A stretch of 63,612 bases of DNA, the filler included, from Octopus bimaculoides (Eukaryota), in NCBI RefSeq assembly GCF_001194135.2. It is 7 parts of 7 records of this genome, joined end to end, with 100 filler letters (N's around TTAATTAATTAA, not from the genome) between each part and the next. Parts side by side here need not be neighbours in the genome. Positions count along the whole stretch, not along the records: positions 50,405 to 63,612 come from NC_069003.1; 6 more parts are not named here. One strand, 5' to 3'. The notes under the pieces are model-generated. The model searched no databases. It was not told where the DNA came from and worked only from the letters and a program-made list of their open reading frames with translations. This document shows, in pieces, positions 50,670 through 62,894 of the stretch (within the stretch, counting starts at the first letter, position 1; the number at the start of each line of letters is the position of its first letter). The translations under genes were made by a program, and so were the position numbers.

Positions 50670-50824
50670 TACGAGGGGTGGGGGCTGCTGAAAATTCCTG
50701 ACTTTAAGGGTATCACGAAAGGCCTGTTTGGAGGCCCAACCTTCCGAGTTCTTTTACAGGGCTTAGAAAAAAAATGAAGGATTGCTGCAATAAGTGTGTG
50801 ATTCTGAGAGGGGAAAATGTTGAA
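50670..50824 (+). mobile_element. Mariner-derived MITE, 3'-truncated
   Basis: Left TIR TACGAGGGG..GCTGAAAATTCCTGAC and internal match to the other copies. Confidence 0.85.
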
Positions 50825-51246
50825 CATGTTTGAAACAGAGACGTTATTCTCAGGCCAGGGTCCTGACGGGTTTGTGATATTTGATCTGGATCTCTACGTT
50901 CAAAGTTCAAATCCCGCCGAAGTCAGCTTTGTCTAGTAGTAGTAGTAGCAGCAGCAGCAGCAGCAGCAAGTCTATTACATCTATTGCTGTTATTATTACT
51001 GCTGCTTCTGTTGTTGCTGCTACATCAACAATATCAACTACTACAACTCCTACTTCTCTTCCTATTACTACTACTACAACAACAATCCACCACCACCACC
51101 AGTACTATAAGATCTTTAACAAATTCAAATAGGGTTTTTACTGCACCAAAAGATGCACCTCCGGTTCCCCGAGGTGTGTCTGACATTGTCTTTCAGGGAT
51201 GTAAAATGGTGCTTGCATATATTAGCACAGGTGTTTGTTTAGTTAC

Positions 51247-51672
51247 ACTCTTTACCTGTTTCAGTCATTTGACTGCGGCCATGCTGGAGCACCGCCTTTA
51301 GTCGAACAAATCGTCCCCCAGGACTTATTCTTTGTAAGCCTAGTACTTTTTCTATCGGTCTCTTTTGCCGAACCGCTAACGTTACGGGGACGTAAACACA
51401 CCAGCATCGGTTGTCAAGTGATGTTGGGGAGGGGGAACACAGACACACAAACATATACACACACATACATATATGCATATGCATATACATATATGCATAT
51501 ACATATATACGACGGGCTTCTTTCAGTTTTTGTCTACCAAATCCACTCACAAGGCTTTGGTCGGCCCGAGGCTATAGTAGAAGACACTTGCCGAAGGTGC
51601 CACGCTGTGGGAATGACCCCAGAACGATGTGGTTGCTAAGCAAACTACTTACCACACAGCCACTCCTGCGCC
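51247..51672 (-). mobile_element. Young full-length SINE family C
   Basis: Complete head (rc GGCGCAGGAGTGGCTGTGTGGTAAG), CORE-like block, internal (TA/CA) tract and tail. Confidence 0.95.
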
Positions 51673-52524
51673 TTAGTTGTGGTGTTTGGTTTGTTGTTTC
51701 GGACGTTATTTTAGTGCTTTGTCTGTTTGTTGTGTGGAATACGTCAGTTGTGCGAGTTGTGTTGTTTTGTTGGGTGGCCATTGTGTTTTGTATGCTTTTC
51801 GTTGTAGAATGCATCTGCATATGTATAAGTATACTTGATTGGCAGATATATATTCGTGTGTGTGTGTGTGNNNNNNNNNNNNNNNNNNNNNNNNNNNNNN
51901 NNNNNNNNNNNNNNNNNNNNNNNNNNNNNNNNNNNNNNNNNNNNNNNNNNNNNNNNNNNNNNNNNNNNNNNNNNNNNNNNNNNNNNNNNNNNNNNNNNNN
52001 NNNNNNNNNNNNNNNNNNNNNNNNNNNNNNNNNNNNNNNNNNNNNNNNNNNNNNNNNNNNNNNNNNNNNNNNNNNNNNNNNNNNNNNNNNNNNNNNNNNN
52101 NNNNNNNNNNNNNNNNNNNNNNNNNNNNNNNNNNNNNNNNNNNNNNNNNNNNNNNNNNNNNNNNNNNNNNNNNNNNNNNNNNNNNNNNNNNNNNNNNNNN
52201 NNNNNNNNNNNNNNNNNNNNNNNNNNNNNNNNNNNNNNNNNNNNNNNNNNNNNNNNNNNNNNNNNNNNNNNNNNNNNNNNNNNNNNNNNNNNNNNNNNNN
52301 NNNNNNNNNNNNNNNNNNNNNNNNNNNNNNNNNNNNNNNNNNNNNNNNNNNNNNNNNNNNNNNNNNNNNNNNNNNNNNNNNNNNNNNNNNNNNNNNNNNN
52401 NNNNNNNNNNNNNNNNNNNNNNNNNNNNNNNNNNNNNNNNNNNNNNNNNNNNNNNNNNNNNNNNNNNNNNNNNNNNNNNNNNNNNNNNNNNNNNNNNNNN
52501 NNNNNNNNNNNNNNNNNNNNNNNN

Positions 52525-52680
52525 GATCGAGGTAAACTCAATAGACACAAAAGTATTGCGGTCAACTCTGCTTTCATCTTTTCGGGGTCGATAAAATAAT
52601 ACCATTAATGCACTGAGGTCGATGTAATCAACATACCCTCTCCCCCAAACTTGATGGCCTTGTGACAAAATTTGAAACCA
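52525..52680 (+). mobile_element. SINE family B, 3' half
   Basis: Core TTTCATCTTTTCGGGGTCGATAAAATAATACC; tail runs into (TTA)n. Confidence 0.75.
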
Positions 52681-52704
52681 TATTATTATTATTATTATTA
52701 TTAT

Positions 52705-53252
52705 GGAGTGAGAGAGCAGTGCATGCCATCAAAGTGACACTAGGGTACAAATATACAAAGCCCAGTGTACCCATCATGACTACCCGTCTGATAAGGGTAC
52801 ACCAGGCACATGCGTCACAACCATATGTGCGCGACATGGTGATCTCATACCAAGATAAACAGCGCTTGGCCTTGCAGGTGGGGCCCACTTAGAATTTTCT
52901 CCAGGCCGAGTAGCCCATCCCGCTGAAAAGGTCTCTGAATAAGGGCTGTTGAATGAAACACCCATGTTTCTAGAGGTGAATTATCCAAACCCCTAAGAAT
53001 TCCTCTCAACACATGTCTATGATGCTCCCCCACTACTTCTGCTCGTGATCAGAGATGCACATACTGTCAGCCACTATGGGACATTATCAACTGGTTAAGG
53101 TCAAACAATTGACAAGCAAATTTGTGGTATTGAGCAGAATATCTGCTGTAGCCCATCTTTTATACTAAAACAAAACAATGTTCATGATAACACTTCCAAT
53201 TAGTTAAGATGAGAAGCCATGAAAGCCACTGCCTGGTACTGCATCAGGGCAT
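52705..53252 (-). mobile_element. ~550-bp tRNA-less repeat (family E) in (TTA)n, copy 1
   Basis: Colinear with 55535-56091 and 58848-59392; flanked by (TTA)n on both sides. Confidence 0.9.
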
Positions 53253-53280
53253 TTATTATTATTATTTATTATTATTATTA

Positions 53281-53518
53281 GTGAAGGCGTATGGCTCCGT
53301 GGTTAAAGCGTCGGGCTCATAATCATGAGGTAGTGAGTTCGATTCCCGGACCGGGCCGTTGTACTCTTTCACCCCAACTTTCTCTCGCTCTTTCTTCCTG
53401 TTTCTTGAGTAACGCTGTGATGGACTGGCGTCCCGTCCAGCTGGGGTGGGGAACACATATACCATAGAAACCGGGAAACCGAGCCCATGAGTCTGGCTAG
53501 GCTTTAAAAGGGCACACA
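53281..53518 (+). mobile_element. Chimeric SINE: family F-type tRNA head + family A middle + alternative 3' module
   Basis: A-box TGGCTCCGTGG, B-box GAGTTCGATTC; middle GTACTCTTTCACCCCAACTTTCTCTC; tail shared with 61029-61325. Confidence 0.8.
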
Positions 53519-53661
53519 AAAAACCCACAGGGCGTGGTCTACGATGAGTTAATTTGACCGTCTTCTATGACGCTTCTACTCATGTTTCAGTATTCAATAG
53601 CATGTATGTTGTCACATAGTGTGGCAATACATATGTGATTGCAGTGGTCTACACTTGAGGC

Positions 53662-53833
53662 GTGGAGGCGCAATGGCCCAGTGGTTAGGGCAGCGGACTC
53701 GCGGTCATAGGATCGCGGTTTCGATTCCCAGACCGGACGTTGTGAGTGTTTATTGAGCGAAAACACCTAAGGCTCCACGAAGCTTCGGCAGGGGATGGTG
53801 GCGAACCCTGCTGTACTCTTCCACCACAACTTC
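53662..53833 (+). mobile_element. SINE family A 5' half, cut by a gap
   Basis: Near-identical head to 20112-20508. Confidence 0.9.
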
Positions 53834-54511
53834 NNNNNNNNNNNNNNNNNNNNNNNNNNNNNNNNNNNNNNNNNNNNNNNNNNNNNNNNNNNNNNNNNNN
53901 NNNNNNNNNNNNNNNNNNNNNNNNNNNNNNNNNNNNNNNNNNNNNNNNNNNNNNNNNNNNNNNNNNNNNNNNNNNNNNNNNNNNNNNNNNNNNNNNNNNN
54001 NNNNNNNNNNNNNNNNNNNNNNNNNNNNNNNNNNNNNNNNNNNNNNNNNNNNNNNNNNNNNNNNNNNNNNNNNNNNNNNNNNNNNNNNNNNNNNNNNNNN
54101 NNNNNNNNNNNNNNNNNNNNNNNNNNNNNNNNNNNNNNNNNNNNNNNNNNNNNNNNNNNNNNNNNNNNNNNNNNNNNNNNNNNNNNNNNNNNNNNNNNNN
54201 NNNNNNNNNNNNNNNNNNNNNNNNNNNNNNNNNNNNNNNNNNNNNNNNNNNNNNNNNNNNNNNNNNNNNNNNNNNNNNNNNNNNNNNNNNNNNNNNNNNN
54301 NNNNNNNNNNNNNNNNNNNNNNNNNNNNNNNNNNNTGTATAATTATAAATTATAAATATTAAAAAAAAATTAAGTATACATTACGAACACACACACACAC
54401 ACACACACACACTTATTTAATTAAGCTGTAGGTGTGGAAGGTTGGTTTGAAGATCGGTGTCTAGTTTTAGAGCAAGATATATGAAGGAAGATACAATAGG
54501 TCAGCGACTCC

Positions 54512-54542
<31 letters not shown>

Positions 54543-54593
54543 CTTATTATTATTATTATTATTTTCTTCTCCTCCTCCTTCTTCTTCTTCTTC

Positions 54594-54630
<37 letters not shown>

Positions 54631-54859
54631 TTTACTCCTCCTCCTCCTCCTCCTTCTTCTTCTCCTTCTTCTTCTAATCTCCTCCTCCATCTTCTTTTGA
54701 TCGTATCCTTCTCCTTATTCTTTTCCTGCTTCTTCTCATTCCTCCTTTATGCACTGGAGTCGATGTATTTAATGAAACCCCTTCCCATAGAATTGCGGGT
54801 TTTATACCTATGATAGAAAGGATCATCATCATCGTTATCATCATCGTTGTTGTTGTTGT

Positions 54860-55062
54860 GGCATCGAGCTGGCAGATTTGTTAGCGTGCTGGGCGAATTG
54901 CTTAGCGGTATTTCACCCGTCTCTACGTTCTGAGTTCAAATTCCGCCGAAGTCGACTTTGCCTTTCATCTTTTCGAGGTCGTTAAATTAAGTACCAGCTA
55001 CGCACTGGGTCGATGTGATCAATTGGTCCCCTCCCCCAAAATTTGTGCCTATAGAAGAAAGG
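54860..55062 (+). mobile_element. Full-length SINE family B
   Basis: Head, B-box GAGTTCAAATTCC, core, and tail into (TTA/GTA)n. Confidence 0.9.
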
Positions 55063-55099
55063 ATTATTATTATTATTAGTAGTAGTAGTAGTAGTATTA

Positions 55100-55534
55100 T
55101 ATGAAAACACAGCTTATTTTGCTGGATATGGCGACAGCCAGCAGACTAAGGTGACACTTATTTACTGGTCATGCTTCAAGAACTCGGCAAAGAATTCTTG
55201 CAGTTCGAAGCAAAGCTGATTTTTGTACCTTCACACTTGTACCGATCGTTTTCAGCCATATTGGTTGTTGATTGCTGATATTTCCAAGTACACCAATTAT
55301 TACTGGTATCACATCTACTCTCTTCATTGACCACAACCTTCGTATTTCCGACTTCAAATCGTCATAATAGCTTATTCTTTCTTCTTCTTTCGCATTGATC
55401 CTGTTGTCATCGGGCATGCTATGTCGATTATCGTATATGTTCTTTCTTTTTTATTCACAACAATGTCCAGTTTCCGATGTCTGGTCGGTTGATCGCATTG
55501 TATCATTGCATCCCACAGGATTATTACTATTATT
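55100..55534 (-). mobile_element. R4/Dong-type LINE 3' end: restriction-like endonuclease, stop codon and 3' UTR
   Basis: LWDAMIQCD..RKLDIVV..IIDIACP and YDDLKSEIRRLW..IPVIIGVLG..QKSALLRTARIL; (TAC/TAA)n tail at ~55063-55099. Confidence 0.9.
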
Positions 55535-56089
55535 GAGAGAGAGCAGTGCATGCCATCAAAGTGATACTGGGTCAAAATATACGGAGCCCATTATACCCAT
55601 CGTAACTACCCATCTGATAAGGGTACACCGGGCACATGCATCACAACCATATGTGTGTGACCTGGTGATTTCATATCAAGATAAACAGCGCATGGCCTCG
55701 CAGGTGGGGCCCAGTTAGAATTTTTTCTTCACGTCGAGTAGCCCATCCAACTCAAAAGATCCCTGAATAAGATTTGTTTAAGGATGTTGAGCAAAACACC
55801 AACGTTTACAAAGTTGAATTATTCAAACCTCAAAGAATTCCTCTCAACACATGGCTATGATGCTACCCCACTACTTTTGCTCGTAATCAGAGATGCACAT
55901 ATCGTCAGCCACCAAGGGACATGCTCAACTTGTTAAGGTCAAACAACTGACAAGCAAATGTGTGGTATTGAGCAGAATATTTGCTGTAGCCCATCTTTTT
56001 ATACCAAGACAAAACAATGTACATGATAACACTTCCAATCAATTAAGATCAGAAGCCATGAGAGCCACTGCCTGGTACTGCATCCGGGC

Positions 56090-56091
<2 letters not shown>
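55535..56091 (-). mobile_element. Family E repeat, copy 2
   Basis: Same boundaries as copy 1; followed by ~20 TTA units. Confidence 0.9.
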
Positions 56092-56155
<64 letters not shown>

Positions 56156-56159
56156 GAAA

Positions 56160-56500
56160 AGAACTTTTCGCTAGTTTCTTGCGAGTTTCTATTGCACCAC
56201 CACCTGGTGCACTTCCTTGTTCCTGAGGTGTGTTTGGCGTTGCGTTCTTATTTTGGTGAAGCTTTGGGGGTGTATAGACTTCTCCTGTTTCTGTACTGCA
56301 CCAGTTCGCTCGTTTTTGTCAGGATATCTAGTTTCTTCCTTTTCGCTCCCTTAGCCTGTGTTCTGTTGTGCATGTTGTGCGTAATATGAGTTGTGTTATT
56401 TTATTGGGCCCTAATCTTGCACGCATAGCATATGCTGTGTGGGTTGTGCTGTTTTAGGTCATTGGGTGCTAGTTGTAAAGCTGGAGATGGGTGAATATTG
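56160..56500 (-). mobile_element. Possible Penelope-like ORF C-terminal remnant
   Basis: KQHNPHSICYACKI..KLDILTKTSELVQYRNRR loosely resembles the PLE GIY-YIG C-terminal C..C..EK / LNKRSEL..CRH region. Confidence 0.35.
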
Positions 56501-56516
56501 TGCTATTTGAGCTATA

Positions 56517-56762
56517 GGCGCAGGAGTGGCTGTGTGGTAAGTAGCTTGCTTACCAAACACATGGTTCCGGGTTCATTCCCACTGCGTGGCACCTTGGGCA
56601 AGTGTCTTCTACTACAGCCTCGGGCCGACCAAAGCCTTGTGAGTGGATTTGGTAGACGGAAACTGAAAGAAGCCTGTCGTATATATGTATATATATATGT
56701 TTGTGTGTGTATATGTTTGTGTATCTGTGTTTGTCCCTCCAACATCACTTGACAACCGATGG
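56517..56762 (+). mobile_element. SINE family C 5' half
   Basis: GGCGCAGGAGTGGCTGTGTGGTAAG head, CORE-like block, microsatellite. Confidence 0.92.
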
Positions 56763-56771
56763 TTGTGCATC

Positions 56772-58846
56772 TACTAACAAACTTTCTGTCTCCCTCTTCA
56801 GCTTTCCTTTCTGCAACCATAACCATGTCTCACTACTGTTGTTTGCTGCAAATATCTTTGGGAATCTACACTGCAACGCCTTCTCCTCCCTGTCAGATAA
56901 TTTCTGTTCTTTTTTTCTGATTTTTAACTTCGTTTTGAGTCTTTGGTTTTCCTATGATCTCCTGTAACTCTAGCAGCTTTTAATAATTTTTCTTCGCTAT
57001 TATAGGAGTCTATATCTACTCTAGCTAACTCTACGCAGTATTCTACTGATATTAATCCTCTTCAGCCTTCCTTGCTAGGTAGGTTTAATCTTGCTATTCC
57101 TGCTCTTGAGTAGAATCCTTCATTCATATTGAATTCATTCCTAGTTCTTCTGTCTAGCGTTGCTGATTCCGTTTTTGTCCAATCTACAAAAATTTGCTGA
57201 GTATCTAAGTAATGATACTGCCAAGTGTTTACAGCCATCACTAGATTCGGACCATTTAGCTTTAACTTCATTAGATTCCTCACCCTTCTGATGTACTCCT
57301 CAATTTTCGTTTTCGTTTCTGTAGTTAGTACCCTGTCAGATTCTAATACTCCTAGATACTTATAATTCTCTCTACTTTTCAAAGATCTTAATGTCTGGTC
57401 ATCTGGTAATTGGATGCTTTCGCTCTTGACTACCTGCCCCCTTCTCATGACTAATATTACACACTTATCTATGCCAAATTCCATGCCTATATCTTTGCTG
57501 TAGAGTCTTGCAGTTTGTATTAAGAAATCTATCTCTTTTTCTTTCGTACTAAAAAGCTTCAGATCATCCATGTAGAGCAAATGGTTAATTTATCCCCTAC
57601 TATTTCTGCCTTTGCCTTCCTTAATACCAAACTGAGGGGAGTCAAACATAAGACAAATATTAGAGAGAACCACTAGTCCCCTTGGAAAATTTCTCTTTTG
57701 ATATTAACTTCCCTAAGAGTGTGTCACCTGAGTAGATATCTACTTTCCGTTTCTTCATGCTACAACTAATTCTCTTATGCTGTCTGTTATACTGAATTCA
57801 CTCAAACATTCACTTATCCGTGAGTGCAGCATCATTTCATAGGCTTTCCTATAATCTATCCATGCTATTGTTAGATTCTTCTTTCTGACTTTTACCTTAT
57901 TTAGAAATGCTTTGTATAATAGATCATGCGTTCCTCTAGCCTTCTTCCTGCAACCTTTCTGCTCTTCTGGTAGTAAATTCTGGTTGTCTAGGTGACGTAA
58001 ATGCTTTCAGAAAGCATTCCTGTTAACAGCGTCCACACGAATGGTAAGCAAGTGATTGGTCTATAGTTGCTGGCTGTATTACCTTTACTCTTATCCTTCA
58101 TAATGAGTATTGCCCTCCCTCTAGTCATCCAATCTGGTATTATTCTCCATTAAGGCAATTTTGAAGTTGTTTCCTCAGACTTTCATGTAAACTACTAAAT
58201 TTTTTTAGTCAGTACTCTTGAACTAAATCTGGTCCGGGCCCTTTCAATTTTGTGTTTTTACTAACACTTTACTCATTAATGTACTAGTTAATCTTAGATT
58301 TGCCTGCTTCTCACTCACTACTTCTTCCCTCACTTTCTTTAACCATACTGCATCTCCATTATGATTGACTGGCATGTCCTAAATATAACTTCAGAACTTT
58401 CTAGCTTCTTCTGCATTAGGTTTCTCATCTTCAGTACTTCGTTCTCCACTAATTATTTGGTTATAAAATCTCCTCTGGTCTGTCTCAAATAATCTTTTCT
58501 GTTGATACTGATCTATTCTTTTCTGATATCTGGAGAGCTTCCCTGTCACTGCTATGATACGCTGTTTCAACTCTTCTACTACTGTCCCAAATCCTTTCTC
58601 TCTAACTAAGTATCTTTTCTCGAGGGAAGATTTGCATTGTGTTTCCTAACTTGTTCAGTTTCCAGGCTTCTATTCTACTCAGATCTTGTCTTAAAGTTTT
58701 CACTTTATTTTGTAGTCTCCTTTTCCACATATGTTCTTTTTTAATCTTTCCCGTGAGATATCTAATCTTCTGGTGACTATTACCCCTCCTGCATAGATCA
58801 GTAAATTATTGTCTCCTACATTTTTACTATATATCCTAGAAAGTAA
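56772..58846 (-). mobile_element. R4/Dong-type LINE body with decayed reverse transcriptase
   Basis: GPGPD..WIDYRKAY..IFQGD..LLYMDDLKL (57563-57574)..FGIDKC..YKYLG..TWLWLQKGKLKRETESLL; multiple stops and frameshifts; 5'-truncated. Confidence 0.92.
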
Positions 58847-58847
58847 C

Positions 58848-59392
58848 GCATGCCATCAAAGTGACACCTGATACAAATATACAAAGCTCAATATATCCAT
58901 CATGACTACCCGTCTGCTGAGGGTACAACAGGTATATGCATCACAACTATATGTGCTCGACATAGTGATCTCATATCAAAATCAACAGCGCATGACCTTA
59001 CAGGTGGTGGTGGGGGAGTGCAGTCAGTGTTCTTCAGATCAAATAGCACATCCCGTTCAAAAGGTCCCTGAAAGAGGGTTGTTTAAGGATGTTGGACGAA
59101 ACACCGAGGTTTCCAGAGGTGAATTGGTCAAACTCCAAAGAATTCCTCTGAACACATGGCTATGATGCTCCCTCACTACTCCTGCTGGTGATCAGAGATG
59201 CAGATATCGTCAGCCAGCAAGGGTCATACTCAAATGGTTAAGGTCAGTCATCTGACAAGCAAATCTGCGCTATTGAACAGAATATTTGCTGTAACCCATC
59301 TTTTACACGAGGACAACACATGTACATGATAACACTTCCAATCAGTTAAGCTCAGAAGCAATGACAGCCACCGTCTGGCATTGCACCAGGTC
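58848..59392 (-). mobile_element. Family E repeat, copy 3 (more diverged)
   Basis: Colinear with copies 1 and 2; lacks ~15 nt and the tail at the left end. Confidence 0.88.
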
Positions 59393-59550
59393 AGAGCGTT
59401 GGATTGTATATGTTTATACAGACCATATGTTTATATAGAACAGGATGTATATAAAATCTTCGTTTGTTTGTTTATACTGATGTATATCTCACTTTGGTCG
59501 AAGTTTATATATTTATACTGATGTGTACACGTTTTAGTGTATATATACAT

Positions 59551-59710
59551 GTGGTAAGAAGCTTGATTCCTAAGCACATGGTTCCGCGTTCAGTCCCACT
59601 ATCTTGCACCTTGGGCAAATGTCTTCTACTATAGCCTCTGGCCGCCCAAAGCCTTGTAAGTGGATTTGGTAGGCGGAAACTGAAAGAAGCCCATCATATG
59701 TGTGTGTAAG

Positions 59711-59741
<31 letters not shown>

Positions 59742-59900
59742 TCAGTGAGTGTGTGTGTGTGTTCAGTGTGTGTGTGTTCAGTGTGTGTGTGTTCAGTGTG
59801 TGTGTGTATGTGTGTGTGTGTGTGTGTGTGTGTCTCTGTATGTGTGTGTGTGTGTATTTGTTTCTGTGTTTGTCGCCTATCACTGCTTGATAACCAGTGC
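59551..59900 (+). mobile_element. SINE family C 5' half with expanded (TG)/(TTCAGTGTGTGTG) tract
   Basis: GTGGTAAGAAGCTTG..CACCTTGGGCAAATGTCTTCTACTATAGCC. Confidence 0.85.
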
Positions 59901-60404
59901 TTGTGTGTTTATGTCGATCGGTCAACCGGTGCTTGTGTGTCTACGTCAACTTGACGTGCTTGTGAGGTTACTAATTTCTTAGGCGCTTATGTGACATCTG
60001 GATACCCTGGTAACTATTTCTCTGGATCTTTCCTTGTAAATTAAACATGTGTGTGTGTGTGTTTGTGTGTGTGAATGCATGTTTATGCATGCATTCATGC
60101 ATGTATGTATATACGTATGTATAGATAGATAGATAGATAGATAGATATATGTATGTATATTAGGAAGACTACAACGCAAATTATCTCATTAATATTTCGA
60201 AAATTTCTTCTATTTTACAACCGTTTCCATGTCCAACGATGAAACAGTTCTAGCTGCATAATATGTACGCGATTATTAATTGTAGTTACTAAGTCGTATC
60301 ATTTCATCAGGAACGGTTTTCAAACATCGTACCTCTTATCATTATTGCTTTGAAGTAATAATATTTGAGATTTTGAAGAGATGTTAAATAACTGAGTTCT
60401 TTGC

Positions 60405-60580
60405 ATATGTTCAGTCCACTGCTGGAGAAAGGCCACAATGTGTTCTCTCTACGAACCACGGCATGATGTTTACCTCATCCATGTTTGGGTCCTATAGAAT
60501 TTAACAAAGTCTTCATTCCAACATCTGCATGACCTTCTCCTCCTTTTTGCTGGACATGTTTTCTACTCTGTTAATTTGCT
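60405..60580 (-). mobile_element. RTE-clade LINE 3' remnant
   Basis: Minus strand RRRRSCRCWNEDFVKF..W..AFLQQWT resembles the RTE ORF C-terminus (GRP..RW.DD..AF.QQW). Confidence 0.55.
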
Positions 60581-60648
60581 CATCTATCTATTGTCCTTTC
60601 TTCTAAACACGTCATGCGAATGACTATTTCCGGGTTCTTTCTGTGTTC

Positions 60649-60684
60649 CTTTCAGTTGAAGAGCGTAGGCTCGAAACGTCAAAG
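60649..60684 (+). ncRNA. Minimal hammerhead-like motif, variant core (family H1)
   Basis: CTTT-CAGTTGA-A-GAGC/GTAG/GCTC-GAAA-CGT-C-AAAG; additional U4A change. Confidence 0.5.
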
Positions 60685-61028
60685 ACTTTCTCTATTCCCG
60701 AGCGTTAAACTAATCTATTTGTTGTTTACACCACCTGTCTTCGTCTNNNNNNNNNNNNNNNNNNNNNNNNNNNNNNNNNNNNNNNNNNNNNNNNNNNNNN
60801 NNNNNNNNNNNNNNNNNNNNNNNNNNNNNNNNNNNNNNNNNNNNNNNNNNNNNNNNNNNNNNNNNNNNNNNNNNNNNNNNNNNNNNNNNNNNNNNNNNNN
60901 NNNNNNNNNNNNNNNNNNNNNNNNNNNNNNNNNNNNNNNNNNNNNNNNNNNNNNNNNNNNNNNNNNNNNNNNNNNNNNNNNNNNNNNNNNNNNNNNNNNN
61001 NNNNNNNNNNNNNNNNNTGTATGATTAT

Positions 61029-61325
61029 GTGGAGGCACAATGGCCCAGTGGTTAGGGCAGCGGACTCGCGGTCAGAGGATCGCGGTTTCGATTCCCAGAC
61101 CGGGCGCTGTGAGTGTTTATTGAGCGAAGACACCTAAAGCTCCACGAGGCTCCGGCAGGGGATGGTGGTGACCCCTGTTGTACTCTTTCGCCCCAACTTT
61201 CTCTCACTCTTTCTTGAGTAACGCTGCGATGGACTGGCGTCCCGTCCAGCTGGGGGGAACACATACGCCATAGAAACCGGGAAACCGGGCCCATGAGCCT
61301 GGTTAGGCTTTGAAAGGGCGCATAA
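61029..61325 (+). mobile_element. Chimeric SINE: family A head and middle + alternative 3' module
   Basis: Family A to ..CTTTCTCTCACTCT, then TTCTTGAGTAACGCTGCGATGGACTGGCGTCCCGTCCAGC.. as in 53403-53518. Confidence 0.88.
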
Positions 61326-62595
61326 ATAAAAATATAAAAGACATGTATGTATGATGATAAATGAGTACATTTTCTCTGTGTGTATGTACGTGTGTGTCTG
61401 CTTATGTATGTGGTCTGTGCTTGTGTGTGTGTGCTGTATTTAGTCTGCACGTGTGTCCGTGTATAGCCTTGCATGTACGCGTGTGTATGTGTGTGTGCGT
61501 GTTCTTGAGTCTCTGTGTACTGTTTATATATGTATATTTTCGTGTGTATATAAATGCTTATGTATTCACACGTGTCTACTTTTGCGTAGTTGTGTTTCTG
61601 TATGTGCTTGTGTATATGTGTATGTAAATGTATGTGTTCATCAGTACATGTGTGTGTGTGTTTGTTTTAGAATCTATGGCTGTGAGTGTATGCGTTTATG
61701 TGTATGGGGAAGGGGTCTGCTTTGTGTACGTCTGACAAACCACCAGCGCCTCTCCGTAGACGCTACGTTAGCAGTTTATCGCTAAAACCACTACCACTGA
61801 CTTTAAACCAATGAGACAACCACCATCGGCAGCAGCAGCATCACCTTTGGTACCTACACTGGCACCGCACTACCACCAACACCATCATCACCTCATCAAC
61901 CCTACCACCACCACCATTCCACCACCACCACCACAACCACCACCACACCACCACCACAACCACCACNNNNNNNNNNNNNNNNNNNNNNNNNNNNNNNNNN
62001 NNNNNNNNNNNNNNNNNNNNNNNNNNNNNNNNNNNNNNNNNNNNNNNNNNNNNNNNNNNNNNNNNNNNNNNNNNNNNNNNNNNNNNNNNNNNNNNNNNNN
62101 NNNNNNNNNNNNNNNNNNNNNNNNNNNNNNNNNNNNNNNNNNNNNNNNNNNNNNNNNNNNNNNNNNNNNNNNNNNNNNNNNNNNNNNNNNNNNNNNNNNN
62201 NNNNNNNNNNNNNNNNNNNNNNNNNNNNNNNNNNNNNNNNNNNNNNNNNNNNNNNNNNNNNNNNNNNNNNNNNNNNNNNNNNNNNNNNNNNNNNNNNNNN
62301 NNNNNNNNNNNNNNNNNNNNNNNNNNNNNNNNNNNNNNNNNNNNNNNNNNNNNNNNNNNNNNNNNNNNNNNNNNNNNNNNNNNNNNNNNNNNNNNNNNNN
62401 NNNNNNNNNNNNNNNNNNNNNNNNNNNNNNNNNNNNNNNNNNNNNNNNNNNNNNNNNNNNNNNNNNNNNNNNNNNNNNNNNNNNNNNNNNNNNNNNNNNN
62501 NNNNNNNNNNNNNNNNNNNNNNNNNNNNNNNNNNNNNNNNNNNNNNNNNNNNNNNNNNNNNNNNNNNNNNNNNNNNNNNNNNNNNNNNCTCGCTC

Positions 62596-62626
<31 letters not shown>

Positions 62627-62894
62627 GTTCCTCTGTCTGTTTCTCTCCCTCTCTCTCTCTAATCTATCTTACTTTTCCTCTCTCTCTCCCTCTCTCTCTC
62701 ACTCTTTCTCCCTCTAAACATGCCCACCCTGCCTTTCGTCCCAACGGCCTATTCCTTCCCCGCGTCTTCCGCTGGTTGGCTTTCCAAGGCCACGTCAGGT
62801 TTCACCACCTCCACCACCATTACCCTTACCACCACCACCACCACCACCACCGCTGCTCCTACTGCTGTTGATTCTGCTACTCATGAAGATAATG

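Noticed and set aside
53130-53252. Possible HDV-like ribozyme at the 5' end of family E
   Set aside because: Manual folding gave P2/P4-like pieces but no compatible P1/P3/L3 nested pseudoknot.
53281-53355. tRNA-Met-like sequence with CAT at the anticodon position
   Set aside because: No acceptor stem closure; continues into SINE body sequence, so it is a SINE head, and the CAT may be one substitution from the family consensus.
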